The notes: a model not told the origin generated them from the sequence alone. A stretch of 64,000 nt of DNA from Verrucomicrobiota bacterium (GCA_047947115.1 CP170459.1:1664001-1728000); one strand, 5' to 3'. Positions 8,478 through 19,145 are shown, counted from the first letter of the stretch. Made by a program: numbers and translations.

Positions 8478-11444
8478 TTAATGAGGAAATCCCTTACCTT
8501 TGTTCACTTGATGGAGTGTTCCATCTCCACATGATTCATCGGAATCTTTCTTGCTTTCTTTAGATTCCATTGAAGTTTTTTGGTTGGTTTTTGAGAATAT
8601 TTTTTCAAGTTCTGAGCATAAGTCCTCCAATTTGTTGGGTTTGGCCAAGATGGCTTCAAAAATATTCATCGATTTGGAATGTCTGAGTTTTTCAGAAATA
8701 AACCCGGAACATAACAACATGGGTAGATCCGGTCGCATGGATTTGATTTTGCTTGCCAGGTCGATACCCGTGATGCTTGGCATATCCAAGTCCGTGATGA
8801 GGATGTCAACTGTTTCGGGGGATTCTGCAAATCGTTGGAACGCGAGACAGGGATCCGTAAATACTTCCACGTTGAATCCTACTTTTTCCAACCCCAATCG
8901 TGAGGACTGGCAGATGCTTTCCTCATTGTCCACAAAAAGAATGCGCTCTCCGTTGCCTTTATATAGATGCGTCGATTTTTCCTGCGGCCTCCCCACTTTC
9001 TGCTCGCTGATGGCCGGCAGATATATGTCGAAGCACGTCCCTTTGTTCTTCTTGCTCGTCACCCTGATATGACCGTCGTGGGATTTCACAATCCCGTGTA
9101 CGACCGACAATTCAAGCCCCGTACCCCGACCCGCTTCCTTGGTGGTGAAGAAGGGGTCAAATATCCTTTGGAGCGTGGCTTCGTCCATGCCTGCACCCGT
9201 GTCTTTAATGGTGAGCTTGAGGTAGGGGCCCATCTTCATTTTATGGATGGTGTTGGCTTCTTCTTTCTCAATCTGAATGCATTCCAACTGAATGGTGAGT
9301 TGGCCCGACACCATGTCTTCCATGGCGTGAATACTGTTGGTGCAAAGGTTGACCAGGACCTGGTGGATTTGATTCTGGTCGCACATGACAAATGGAATAT
9401 CGCCCAGGATATTGGCGGTGATGGTGATGTGCGACGAGCAGGTCGCTTGAATCATTCGGGTGGCTTCCTTGACGATGGGTTTCAAGGAGGCGGGTGTTTT
9501 TGACTGTTCCTGATTTCTGCTGAAAGCCAGGATTTGTTTTACGAGCATTTTGGCTCGGTCTGTTGCCTTGAGCACTTCTGTGGTCAGTTCATTGGCGAAC
9601 TTGTTTTCCGCGAATTCGATTTTCAGCAATTCGGTGAACCCGACGATTCCTGCCAGAATGTTGTTGAAATCATGAGCAACACCTCCCGCCATGGTGCCGA
9701 TGGCCTCCAGTTTCTGGGCGCGATACAGTTGCTGTTCCAATGTGCGTTTGCTCTTCTCGGATTCGACCAGTTCCGTGATGATTTCCGCGAAGATGATCAC
9801 GCCCCCCGGTCTGGACTCTTCGTCATACCAGGGCTGCATCTCCCAACGGATGACTTCTTCGTTGCCATCGTGTCGGGTGTAAGTGTCCCGGCTGGATTTT
9901 TTGTGATGACCGTTCAGGCATTCGTGCAGTGCCACTCGCCAGTTGTCAAAGACTCCCAGGTTCGAGTGGAGATCCAACGGGTTCTGGCCCACGCAATCCC
10001 CCTCCTCGGGCATATCGAATTTGCTTTTCCAGCGCAGGCTGGCTTCAAGGTAGTTGAACTGGATATCAAACATGGCCACCGCCGCGGGGGCGTAACGGAT
10101 GAACTGGCTGAGCAGCTTGCCGTCACGCTTTATGATTTTGCTTGATGTGTCCTGCTCAGTGACATCCACACCGCAGCAGATGAGGTATTTTAGTTTTTTA
10201 TCCTCATCTTTGATCACAGAATTGCGCCATTGAATGTTGTGCTTTTTTCCGTCCTTATCCGTCCAAGTGCTTTTGTGGCTGGAAGGACCGAGAAACAAGT
10301 TGGGCCTTTCACGGTAACGTTCCAGCTCGCGTCGGTGGCTTTGGGCATCCGGAATGATTTCCCAGAGGGGTTCACCGACCACTTCTTCGAACAAAATTCC
10401 GGATATACGTTCGCATTCCTGATTGTAACGGACAATGCGACCTTCCGCATCCACTACAAAGACATATGCGCCGACAATGCTGAGAATTTCATTTGAGAAA
10501 TCACTCACTTCCCTGGCAATGGTTACCAGTTTTTGGCGTTCTGATCTGTCATGAATGGTGACGATGACGTCATTGGAACCGTGGACAGTGGGAATCATAC
10601 CCAAAATGGCCAGTTCAACGAGTATGAGTTCTCCTGTTTTCTTGTGGAGTTTGACGGTGTTTTGACAGCAGGATTTGGAATGATCTCTTGAATTGAGGGC
10701 ACATTCAAAAGTCATTTTTGTCAGATCATGACATTCCAGTCCTGGAAACAATCTTGAAATGGGGGCTTCGTTCAATTGTCCGTTTTTATAACCGGTCAGT
10801 TTTTCAACGCGACGGTTGATCCGGGTGATGGTTCCGTCGGAACAGACCCGCATGAGCGCATCGTTTGAGATTTGGAAAAAGTGATCCTCTTCCAACATCT
10901 CTGAATGATCCTGCATAAGACGTGTCGCAAAGTGCGACATGTCTGTCAATCTTTGCAGGATCCCAGCCGGGTAATTCCAGGGTTTTTGGCTGATAAGTCC
11001 CACAACAAAGCCCGTCCCGCCTGAAACAGAATTTATCAGAACCGCCATCATCGAAGTTTGGTTTTTTTGATGGATGATGCGGTTGTAAGGATGCTCGTGG
11101 AGCGCCTCGTTCAGACGGACAACGTTACCTTGTTTGGTGGCTTCCAAAATCAGGGGATCTCCCATCAAATGTCCGGACACGTTATGAAAATGTCCACAAG
11201 AACATACCTGGCGGGGATGTCCCCCAAGATTGAGTCCTCTTGATTTCTCAAGGATGAAGCAACAATCGGCTGCCAACACATTTGCGATGTGCTCGGCACA
11301 TTCCCTCCAGCACTCAATCCAAGCGCCTGATGCAGGTGCTTGCGGTGGAACGCTCAAGTCGTCGTGTCCGGGTTTCTTTTCAGACTCCCCAACCAACTTT
11401 GTTTCCGTCAGACTGATTGTGCTTCTTTGTGTTTTCGAGATCAT
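8478..11444 (-). CDS. Multi-PAS hybrid sensor histidine kinase / response regulator
   Basis: GAF-like N-terminus, PAS/PAC repeats, AGGVAHDFNN H-box, DTGAGM, FDPFFTTK, C-terminal receiver (ITDLDMP, AKP). Confidence 0.93.
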   Translation of the reverse strand: MISKTQRSTISLTETKLVGESEKKPGHDDLSVPPQAPASGAWIECWRECAEHIANVLAADCCFILEKSRGLNLGGHPRQVCSCGHFHNVSGHLMGDPLILEATKQGNVVRLNEALHEHPYNRIIHQKNQTSMMAVLINSVSGGTGFVVGLISQKPWNYPAGILQRLTDMSHFATRLMQDHSEMLEEDHFFQISNDALMRVCSDGTITRINRRVEKLTGYKNGQLNEAPISRLFPGLECHDLTKMTFECALNSRDHSKSCCQNTVKLHKKTGELILVELAILGMIPTVHGSNDVIVTIHDRSERQKLVTIAREVSDFSNEILSIVGAYVFVVDAEGRIVRYNQECERISGILFEEVVGEPLWEIIPDAQSHRRELERYRERPNLFLGPSSHKSTWTDKDGKKHNIQWRNSVIKDEDKKLKYLICCGVDVTEQDTSSKIIKRDGKLLSQFIRYAPAAVAMFDIQFNYLEASLRWKSKFDMPEEGDCVGQNPLDLHSNLGVFDNWRVALHECLNGHHKKSSRDTYTRHDGNEEVIRWEMQPWYDEESRPGGVIIFAEIITELVESEKSKRTLEQQLYRAQKLEAIGTMAGGVAHDFNNILAGIVGFTELLKIEFAENKFANELTTEVLKATDRAKMLVKQILAFSRNQEQSKTPASLKPIVKEATRMIQATCSSHITITANILGDIPFVMCDQNQIHQVLVNLCTNSIHAMEDMVSGQLTIQLECIQIEKEEANTIHKMKMGPYLKLTIKDTGAGMDEATLQRIFDPFFTTKEAGRGTGLELSVVHGIVKSHDGHIRVTSKKNKGTCFDIYLPAISEQKVGRPQEKSTHLYKGNGERILFVDNEESICQSSRLGLEKVGFNVEVFTDPCLAFQRFAESPETVDILITDLDMPSITGIDLASKIKSMRPDLPMLLCSGFISEKLRHSKSMNIFEAILAKPNKLEDLCSELEKIFSKTNQKTSMESKESKKDSDESCGDGTLHQVNKGKGFPH
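8536..8562 (-). promoter_or_regulatory. Sigma-28 promoter of fliC (inside 3' end of the kinase ORF)
   Basis: TAAA-N15-TCCGATGA on minus strand. Confidence 0.75.
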
Positions 11445-11546
11445 GTCAATGCCTACATTCCTTGAAACGACAAGGTGAAACGGTGTTCTTATGTCCGTTC
11501 GATCCGTGCGTGGTTTCCTCCGAAAAGCTGCCTATATGACATCATC

Positions 11547-11573
11547 TTATCGGAAGAAAATTATTTATGCTTA
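11547..11573 (-). promoter_or_regulatory. Sigma-28 promoter of the hybrid kinase
   Basis: TAAG-N15-TCCGATAA; boxes identical to the fliD promoter. Confidence 0.75.
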
Positions 11574-12029
11574 ATGGGAATTGCACAGACTGTGTCCTGA
11601 ACGTGTTCGGTGTGGTTTGGGCATATGAACGTTTCCGTCAGCGCAGGTATCGCCGTGCATTTCCTCACAGCGCCTCATGACATGTCCCCGGAGTATGCAT
11701 TTTTTGGTTTTTTGTATGGTTGAACCCAAATTGCTTTTGAGATTGCTCCTTGGGTGCCTGGTTTGTAACAAAAACGGAATAAGCATGTTGTGGTTTTGTT
11801 GGGGTATTTTCAGTGTGATTTTGATGGCTTAACAAAAAATGTGGAAGTAAAAGCCAAAATAAGGATGGTGTGGGATTTTCCGAATGCTTAGATTGCTGGT
11901 GTCTCTGGGAGGGATGGGTGACAACTACTTCAGTCAGGTTTTGCATGAACAAGGGAATTGTGCGTGGCGAGTTTGGCGGGAGTGGTTTTCAATGAGAGTC
12001 TGAAAAACTAAAAGCAGGAGTTTATCAAC

Positions 12030-12539
12030 ATGACCAATGTCCCCACATGGATGAGTGGCGGGAGTGTTCCTGTCCAATTCAAAGAAACTGGAGAACGGTT
12101 TGGCGTCAGGCCAATTGTCGTCCGTAACAATTGCAGTCTAGCCTCCGAGGATACATCCGGCGGCGCTATCAGCAGGCGTCCCCGCCTTCTTCTCTTAGAC
12201 GATAATCCTGTCTTCCTCAGAGCATTGGGGCGTTTGCTGGAAACGCATTCCTTCAACGTCGACATGGAGGGGTGTCACAAAGCGGCGTTCAATCGTGTTT
12301 TTGAAAAAGGATCCGTTTATGATTTGGCTTTGGTGGATGTTCATCTGAAAGGGAGTTCCGGTTGGGATTTCGCCAGAAAGGTCAGCCAATTGCCCGATTC
12401 ACCCCCCATACTCCTCATGTCCGGTGAGGCTCTGTCCCTCTCTCGGGATGCTCCTAAAAATGTTAAGGGAATTTTGACCAAACCTTTTTCTGTGAAGCGT
12501 CTCAAGCAAGTGATTGATGGCTGGGGTTATTCTGTTTGA
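12030..12539 (+). CDS. Single-domain response regulator (CheY-like)
   Basis: LLLDDN, ALVDVHL, LLMSG, LTKPF; start uncertain. Confidence 0.85.
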   Translation: MTNVPTWMSGGSVPVQFKETGERFGVRPIVVRNNCSLASEDTSGGAISRRPRLLLLDDNPVFLRALGRLLETHSFNVDMEGCHKAAFNRVFEKGSVYDLALVDVHLKGSSGWDFARKVSQLPDSPPILLMSGEALSLSRDAPKNVKGILTKPFSVKRLKQVIDGWGYSV

Positions 12540-12660
12540 CCGTTTTCATCGGCTTTCACGGACATTTGACCGAGATGGTTTTCATCGCCTTCTAGCGTGG
12601 ATGCATTGCCGCTTTGGGTTGCGGGTTTGTCGTTTTGTGGGCAAGCTTGTGCTTTACGTG

Positions 12661-15582
12661 ATGGCTTTCAAATCTTTTCAACTGATGATTAGCTGGCAGT
12701 TGGTTGTGCTGTGCTGCAGCCCATTGCAGGCTGAATCCTTGATTCGAATTTCTGATTCCTGGCGATTCTTGCAAAACACTCTATTGCCTCCATCCGAAGC
12801 CGCAGAATGGCGTTTGCCTTCTTTCAATGACAATGCATGGCCGGAAGCTGCCGGTGGATTTGTTGACGCATCGGCAGATGGAAACCGGCGACTGAGCCAA
12901 GCGACCCGCATCGCCAATTTTGCAATTGGCTATCAAAGTCTTTTGTTCAGACATACGTTCGAGGTAGACGATCCGGCTGGAATCCGGTCTTTGGCCATTC
13001 GCCTGCAGTTCACACACGGTATTGTCCTATGGTTGAATGGTGAGCAGGTTTATCAATCGGGATTCGAACAGCAACCGGCAAGTGACAGTGTGCCTCTGGA
13101 TGCTTTCGGTGCACTCAGACAGCACAATGTGATTGAGGAAATCAGTCTTGATCACGCCATTCCCATGGTTCACGCCGGTAGGAATGTGGTGGCAGTGCAG
13201 GTGCATGCGGCGGCAGAAAGCGCGACTTTTACTTTTGCAATGGAACTTCTGGCCAATTTTGTCAGAGCGCCCATGGTGCACCAGTTGGCGGCTCATTCTG
13301 CGGTGCTATCATGGAAATCCACTCAACCGGTTCAGAGTGTGGTTCGATATGGACTCACTCAGAACCTTTCCCATAGCGTTCCTCAGAATGTGCCGTTGAC
13401 CGAACCTGAAGTGCGGCTTTCATCCTTGCTCCCTGGTTCGACCTATTACTACAGGGTTGATTTGGTATATCCTTCCGGGGTGGCAACATCGCATGTCGGG
13501 ACCTTTCGCACTCCTGCTCCAGAAGACACGCATCTGAAATTTGCCGTGTTCGGCGACAGCGGTAGAGGAACCGTTCCTCAGTATGACATTGCAAGGGAAC
13601 TCCTTCGTTCAGGCGCTGATTTGGTCCTGCACACCGGGGATACGGTTTACCCTTTTCTGTTTCCCGAACTCGCGGATTTTCGTTTTTTCAGTCTTTATGG
13701 TCCCCACATGGGTTCTGCGCCTTATTATGTTTCCACTGGTAACCATGATCGGGATATCGGAGTAGATGTGTTTGACAGGGTGTTTCACATGCCAACCAAC
13801 GATACCGATCCAGGTGTTCACTTGAGCAACCAGACCACGGATGAGTCCTACTTCACCGTTGTTCATGGGCCCGCGCAGTTTTTTGTGTTATATGCTCCGT
13901 TCTTTTACCAATACAACTTTGCTTCAGGATTTGCCCAGCATGCATGGTTGGAGGCGGAATTGAATCGTTCGGATCGTCCTTGGAAGTTTATCGTCATGCA
14001 TCATCCGATGCGCACCTCCAGTCTTCATTGGGCAGATGATTATAACAGGAATCAAATATTGGATACCCGGGAAGTCAGGGACGTTGTGCTTCCTCTCGCC
14101 CAAAAGTATGGGGTTCAAGCCGTCTTTTCTGGCCACGACCACGTTTACGAGAGGTTTCAACCTGAGCGAGGGGTGGTCAGTGTCACGACGGCAGGAGGAG
14201 GAGGCAATCTTTATACGCTCGGCAGGCGCGATGCCATGAGCAGTCAATTCCGGCGCGCTTTTCATTTCTTGAGCGCCTCCATTGAGGGAAATGAATGTCA
14301 GATAGATGCTGTGGATGCATTTGGGCAGGTGCTGGATACTTTTTTTCTGAGCGTGCGTACTGATGCTCCGGTGCAATATCGCTCCGTTTGGCATTCTCCG
14401 GTCGTGGAAGATGTTGTTGCAGATGACATGGATGGTAATGTCAACGGCCAACAGTTTGATTTTGCAGGAGAAGGTATGATGGCTTCGCCCGGTCAGTTTT
14501 CGCATGCGGGGAAATTGTATGTGAACCATGATGAACAATTTGTTTATATCGGTTTGCGCGGAGTGGTTCTGCCGGATGACGGGGCGCTGTATCTGTTTGT
14601 GGGCGGGGGGGGGAGTGATCCGGCAGCGGGGCAACCGCCTTCTCTGCTCGATGGGTTTCTTTTTGACCATTGGAGTCCGGCTGTCATGGGGGTTTTGGGG
14701 GACGAGTTTGGTGATGGAATGTCACAGGGCTTTCACCGGTCCGGGGCCGCTCAGGAAACCTGGCAGGGAGTCTTTTCCATTCACCAGGATTTTTCTCCTG
14801 TGGATATGGCCCGGGTTCAGCAATATAATTCAAATCCTCAAGCAAGTCCCGCCAACCTGGTAAATACCCATCTCTCGGAACAAAACGCCGATTATATCGA
14901 AATGGCCATCCCCATTGATGCTCTGTCTCCAGAGGATGATCCAACATACATTCACGTGGCCGTTGTGAGCGGTCGACAGCATTCCATGGAAGCAAATGTT
15001 CCATGGGTTCTGGATACCAGTTCGTTCGGAAATGTTTTGATCGATGATCATGGGCGGATCTCTGTGATGGGAGTCAAGGTGGACTTGTCTGGTGGTCCGG
15101 ATTCTGATGGAGATGGGTTGATCGATGAACAGGAGTGGCTCTGGGGCACAGATCTGGCGCAAATGGATTCGGATGATGACGGTCTGCCGGACGGGTGGGA
15201 AGTGTTGTATGGCTTGTCCCCTGTTTCCTCTGAAACTCAGAATGGCGGACAAGGTGATTCTGACGGAGATGGATTTTCCAACCTGCAGGAATGGATCGCC
15301 AATACCGACCCCTCTGATGCGCAATCCAATCTGAAGCTGGAGATTGATTGGGTCGAACCGCAAGTAATTCAGTTGCGGTGGTCCGCCAAGCCGGGGGTTC
15401 AGTATCGACTGGAGCAGGCCGCTTCCATGCAGCAGTTATTTGCCCCCGTGCCACTGGAGGAATCAGCAGTGGATCGAGGCAGCGGCGGCCAAATTATGAA
15501 AACGCACGTTTTTGTTCAGGAAAAACAGCAACAATTCTTTCGCGTGATTGCGACTCCTATCAACCATGATGAAGCTTTTTAA
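12661..15582 (+). CDS. Secreted purple-acid-phosphatase-like metallophosphoesterase with FN3 domain and DxDxDG Ca-binding repeats
   Basis: FGDSG, HTGDTVY, GNHD, HHP, SGHDHVYER; DSDGDG repeats; C-terminal FFRV; start uncertain. Confidence 0.88.
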   Translation: MAFKSFQLMISWQLVVLCCSPLQAESLIRISDSWRFLQNTLLPPSEAAEWRLPSFNDNAWPEAAGGFVDASADGNRRLSQATRIANFAIGYQSLLFRHTFEVDDPAGIRSLAIRLQFTHGIVLWLNGEQVYQSGFEQQPASDSVPLDAFGALRQHNVIEEISLDHAIPMVHAGRNVVAVQVHAAAESATFTFAMELLANFVRAPMVHQLAAHSAVLSWKSTQPVQSVVRYGLTQNLSHSVPQNVPLTEPEVRLSSLLPGSTYYYRVDLVYPSGVATSHVGTFRTPAPEDTHLKFAVFGDSGRGTVPQYDIARELLRSGADLVLHTGDTVYPFLFPELADFRFFSLYGPHMGSAPYYVSTGNHDRDIGVDVFDRVFHMPTNDTDPGVHLSNQTTDESYFTVVHGPAQFFVLYAPFFYQYNFASGFAQHAWLEAELNRSDRPWKFIVMHHPMRTSSLHWADDYNRNQILDTREVRDVVLPLAQKYGVQAVFSGHDHVYERFQPERGVVSVTTAGGGGNLYTLGRRDAMSSQFRRAFHFLSASIEGNECQIDAVDAFGQVLDTFFLSVRTDAPVQYRSVWHSPVVEDVVADDMDGNVNGQQFDFAGEGMMASPGQFSHAGKLYVNHDEQFVYIGLRGVVLPDDGALYLFVGGGGSDPAAGQPPSLLDGFLFDHWSPAVMGVLGDEFGDGMSQGFHRSGAAQETWQGVFSIHQDFSPVDMARVQQYNSNPQASPANLVNTHLSEQNADYIEMAIPIDALSPEDDPTYIHVAVVSGRQHSMEANVPWVLDTSSFGNVLIDDHGRISVMGVKVDLSGGPDSDGDGLIDEQEWLWGTDLAQMDSDDDGLPDGWEVLYGLSPVSSETQNGGQGDSDGDGFSNLQEWIANTDPSDAQSNLKLEIDWVEPQVIQLRWSAKPGVQYRLEQAASMQQLFAPVPLEESAVDRGSGGQIMKTHVFVQEKQQQFFRVIATPINHDEAF

Positions 15583-17398
15583 ACGCAGGTCTTTTCTAAA
15601 AAACGCAAGGTTTGCATCGGTGGCTTTTGGGCTGCATTTGGCAGGGTGTTCTTCGTGCCTGCACGGAGGGGGCTGGAACAGTCTTCATCCCGAAATACAC
15701 CATTTGGGGGTGGCTGATTTTCCTGAATGGTATGTCTTTAGGGGTCGAACTCCGGATGGGCGTGAGTTGAGTGTTTCGTTGGGTGGTATGCAACTTGACG
15801 GTGTTTCCTCCCTGTTGATCTACCAGAATGACGTCAAAGAGTCGTGGGAACTCAGACTGAATGGTCATCGGCTCGGAAATCTTTTCACGATCGAACAGGC
15901 TCAAGTCACTCCATTTAGCATTCAACCCGAGTGGGTCAGGGAGGATGATAACACTCTGTCCATTCTTGCGCCAAAAGCCATCGACGATATCGAAGTGGGC
16001 GACATCCGTTGGTCCCCCATGGCCTTGGAACAAGCATTGTCTGACGCAACGGTTCATGTGGAGGTGAGGGAAAAGGGATTGCCGATACCGTGCCGGTTGA
16101 CGATCGCCGATGAACGTGGGGCACTCTTTCCTGTGCATCCATTACCGGATCAGCCATTGGCCGTCCGGCCAGGAGTAATCTACACGGGAGATGGACATGC
16201 CCGGTTTGGTCTGAGCGAAGGAACCTATACGATTTATGCCAGCCGGGGATTCGAATACAGTGTGGATCGTCGCAAAGTTGAAATTGTTGCCGGTGTGGAT
16301 CAGATCGTTCACCTGGATCTGCGACGCGAAGTGGACACACAAGGTTGGATCGCTGCGGATACGCACATTCATACCAGGACCTTCAGTGGGCATGGGGATG
16401 CCCGGATTAATGAAAGTATGTTGTCCATTGCGGGGGAAGGGATCGAGTTGGCGGTGGCCACGGATCACAACCACCACACTGATTTCACCGAACCTGCCCG
16501 TGCGATGGGAGTCAGTCGTCGGTTCACCTCCGTCATTGGGAACGAAGTCACCACCAAAACCGGTCATTTCAATATCTTTCCCGTTCAGTCCGGCAGTCCT
16601 TTGCCCGATCATAGTCGAACCAACTGGGTGGCTTTGGTGGATTCCATGAGGCAGACCTCTGGAGTGAAAGTGATCATCCTCAATCATCCTCGAAACATTC
16701 ACAATGAATTCTGCCCGATGGATGAGGAGCTGTTCAATGTCCAGACCGGGGTGCATCAGTTTGCCAAAGCTTTTTCATTTGATGGTATTGAGCTGGTCAC
16801 CTCCGCTGCTTTGCAGAATGATCTGATGCGTGTCTTCCGTGATTGGTTTGCACTTTTGAATCGCGGCCATCGGCTCGTGGGAGTCGGGTCTAGCGATACC
16901 CACGACATCAGTCGCTACATCCTGGGGCAGGGGCGATCCTATATCCGATGCGGGGATACAAACCCCGCGGCGATCTCCGTCGAGGAAGCGTGTCATTCCT
17001 TTCTGGATGGACGGGTGTTGGTCAGTATGGGGCTTTGGGTGAACATGCGTGTGGACGGTCGATTTGAAGTGGGCGATGTTGCCACCGATCTGCCAGATGT
17101 GTTCGAAGTGGAAATCGAGGTGCAAGGTCCGAGCTGGGTGGCGGCTGATGAGGTGAGTCTTTACCTCAATGGGAAACTTATTCGGCAAATACCCGTCGAA
17201 CCGGATCTCCACCGCATCCAAAAAGCCCTGGTCCAATGGACGCTCCCTAAACCTGACAAACCAGCTTACCTGGTCGCCATGGCTCAAGGGCCGGGAGTCA
17301 AGGAACCCTTCTGGGTGATCCCCCGTCCTTACCAGCACAAGACCTTGGATTACACGCCGCGTATCATAGGGGCAACCAATCCGGTCTGGATTGACTGA
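15566..17398 (+). CDS. PHP-domain metallohydrolase (CehA/McbA-like), Tat signal
   Basis: KRRSFLK; DTHIHT, TDHN, GNEVT, GHFN, NHP, SDTH. Confidence 0.85.
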   Translation: MMKLFKRRSFLKNARFASVAFGLHLAGCSSCLHGGGWNSLHPEIHHLGVADFPEWYVFRGRTPDGRELSVSLGGMQLDGVSSLLIYQNDVKESWELRLNGHRLGNLFTIEQAQVTPFSIQPEWVREDDNTLSILAPKAIDDIEVGDIRWSPMALEQALSDATVHVEVREKGLPIPCRLTIADERGALFPVHPLPDQPLAVRPGVIYTGDGHARFGLSEGTYTIYASRGFEYSVDRRKVEIVAGVDQIVHLDLRREVDTQGWIAADTHIHTRTFSGHGDARINESMLSIAGEGIELAVATDHNHHTDFTEPARAMGVSRRFTSVIGNEVTTKTGHFNIFPVQSGSPLPDHSRTNWVALVDSMRQTSGVKVIILNHPRNIHNEFCPMDEELFNVQTGVHQFAKAFSFDGIELVTSAALQNDLMRVFRDWFALLNRGHRLVGVGSSDTHDISRYILGQGRSYIRCGDTNPAAISVEEACHSFLDGRVLVSMGLWVNMRVDGRFEVGDVATDLPDVFEVEIEVQGPSWVAADEVSLYLNGKLIRQIPVEPDLHRIQKALVQWTLPKPDKPAYLVAMAQGPGVKEPFWVIPRPYQHKTLDYTPRIIGATNPVWID

Positions 17399-17829
17399 GT
17401 CATGGCGATGCAAGTCGGTCCCGGGTCATCCGGAAAAGAAAGGAGCATGACAGCCCGGTCCGGAGCCACCGTCGTGTGAAAAACGATCAGAACAGTAACA
17501 AGCAGCCTAACCACCCACATACCAAACTGATCAGCATGATGCCCCCGGAGATTTCAGCCGTCCTGTAGATCCTCTGAGCCAGAGGAAGCTTGGAAGCCTC
17601 CTTTAATGGGTTGGTTTGCCATTTGGAAACCTGGCTTAACAACGTTTCGCCACCCAGGGCCAAAAGTTCCAAGAAGTATCCAACATCAACAGGGCGTCTC
17701 ATAATGCCTCAAGTTATGGGCTGTTTTGTGTGTTGCAAGCGAAATGATTTGATCCGAAGAGACTTTCGTATCCGCACATCGCCCCAGTTTCCTGTATCTG
17801 TGGGCGTTGATGATATCAAGGGGAAAGGA

Positions 17830-17862
17830 GATGGCGACCCTACCGGGGTTCGAACCCGGGTT
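17830..17862 (-). repeat. att core: duplicated 3' end of tRNA-Glu
   Basis: GATGGCGACCCTACCGGGGTTCGAACCCGGGTT identical to 37524-37556. Confidence 0.95.
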
Positions 17863-17933
17863 TCGACAGAACCTTAAAAAAACCGCTTTTTCAAGGTTTT
17901 TAGACATTCCTAGACATCCTTGACGCCCTTATC

Positions 17934-17954
17934 TGTTATGCTATTATGTTATGC
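17934..17954 (+). repeat. Putative integrase arm-type sites (left)
   Basis: TGTTATGC x2, starts 13 bp apart; same pair at 37442-37462. Confidence 0.7.
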
Positions 17955-17957
17955 ATT

Positions 17958-19103
17958 ATGGCAAGCATTCACCGGCAAAAAGGAAGGTCTTCTTGGTATT
18001 GCGCCTACACCGACCAAAATGGAGCTCGGCACTTTAAAAGTACTCGCACCTCTGACAAAAAGGAAGCGCGAAGAATCTGCAATGTGATGCAAGGGGCTGT
18101 CGATCGGATGAAATCCACCAAGCTTACACCGGCGACAGCACGTAAATTTATAGAGCGTAATCTGGAGGAACTCCTCCTTGCCTCCGGGACGCAATCCATG
18201 AGCTCAACTCCGCGGGAGTTTTTCGATGATTGGATCAAGGAGAAGGAAGTTACAACAGCGGCAAACACATTGGTAAGATACGAGTCAATAGTTCGTAATT
18301 TCCTAGACCATTTAGGACCACGAGCCATGCAACCCTTAGCAAACATCAACAGCATGGTAATCGAAAATTTCAGAAGCCACATCGCTAGATCCCAGTCACC
18401 AAGTTCAGCTAACCTAAACCTCAAGGTCATTCGCTCAGCATTCAAGAAAGCAGTCACACAAGCTTTGATTCCAGAGAATCCTGCTTCGAATGTCGAAACC
18501 ATCAAGAAACCACCCTCCCAAGCGCGCAGGCCCTTCCAACTTCCGGAACTGAAAAAGCTTTTGGAGGTGGCTAACTGCGATTGGCAAACAATGATTCTGG
18601 TTGGGCTTTACACCGGTCTGAGGCTGCGGGACTGTGCCAATCTTTGCTGGAACCAAGTCGATCTGCAAGTTGGTGAGATAACCGTTCAAACCAGCAAAAC
18701 TGCCAGAACGCAAGTGCTTCCAATGGCCACACCACTTATGAATCATGTTGCTAATTTGCCGTCAACCGATGATCCCCACTGTCCATTGGCCCCCTCCTGC
18801 TTCGATCTACCAAGTAACGTACTCTCAAACCAATTTTATGAGCTCATGACTACCGCGGGATTGGTCAAAAAGCGAACACATCAAAAATCTAAAAACGGTT
18901 TGTCGGGTTCGAGACAAGCTTCTGGTCTTGGTTTTCACTGCCTCCGGCATACCGCAACCAGTCTGCTGAAAAATGCGGGGGTTTCAGATGTAATTGCCCG
19001 TGACATAATTGGCCATGAGTCTGCTGCCATCTCCAGAGTCTACACCCACATTGACTCCGAAACAAAACGCCAAGCCGTCAACAAAATGCCATCCTTGTTC
19101 TAG
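17958..19103 (+). CDS. int: Tyrosine recombinase/integrase
   Basis: N-terminal arm-binding-like domain; YTGLRLRD, FHCLRH, IGHES, RVYTH catalytic residues intact. Confidence 0.95.
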   Translation: MASIHRQKGRSSWYCAYTDQNGARHFKSTRTSDKKEARRICNVMQGAVDRMKSTKLTPATARKFIERNLEELLLASGTQSMSSTPREFFDDWIKEKEVTTAANTLVRYESIVRNFLDHLGPRAMQPLANINSMVIENFRSHIARSQSPSSANLNLKVIRSAFKKAVTQALIPENPASNVETIKKPPSQARRPFQLPELKKLLEVANCDWQTMILVGLYTGLRLRDCANLCWNQVDLQVGEITVQTSKTARTQVLPMATPLMNHVANLPSTDDPHCPLAPSCFDLPSNVLSNQFYELMTTAGLVKKRTHQKSKNGLSGSRQASGLGFHCLRHTATSLLKNAGVSDVIARDIIGHESAAISRVYTHIDSETKRQAVNKMPSLF

Positions 19104-19145
19104 TGTTTTTGCGCGGCAGGTATCACCTCTAAATATTCTTAGACG

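Noticed and set aside
17415..17470. SRP-RNA-like hairpin
   Set aside because: Lacks the conserved CAGG..GGAA..AGCAG domain IV motif
17487..17702. 71-aa minus-strand ORF with hydrophobic C-terminus
   Set aside because: No recognisable motif or RBS; cannot be supported as a gene
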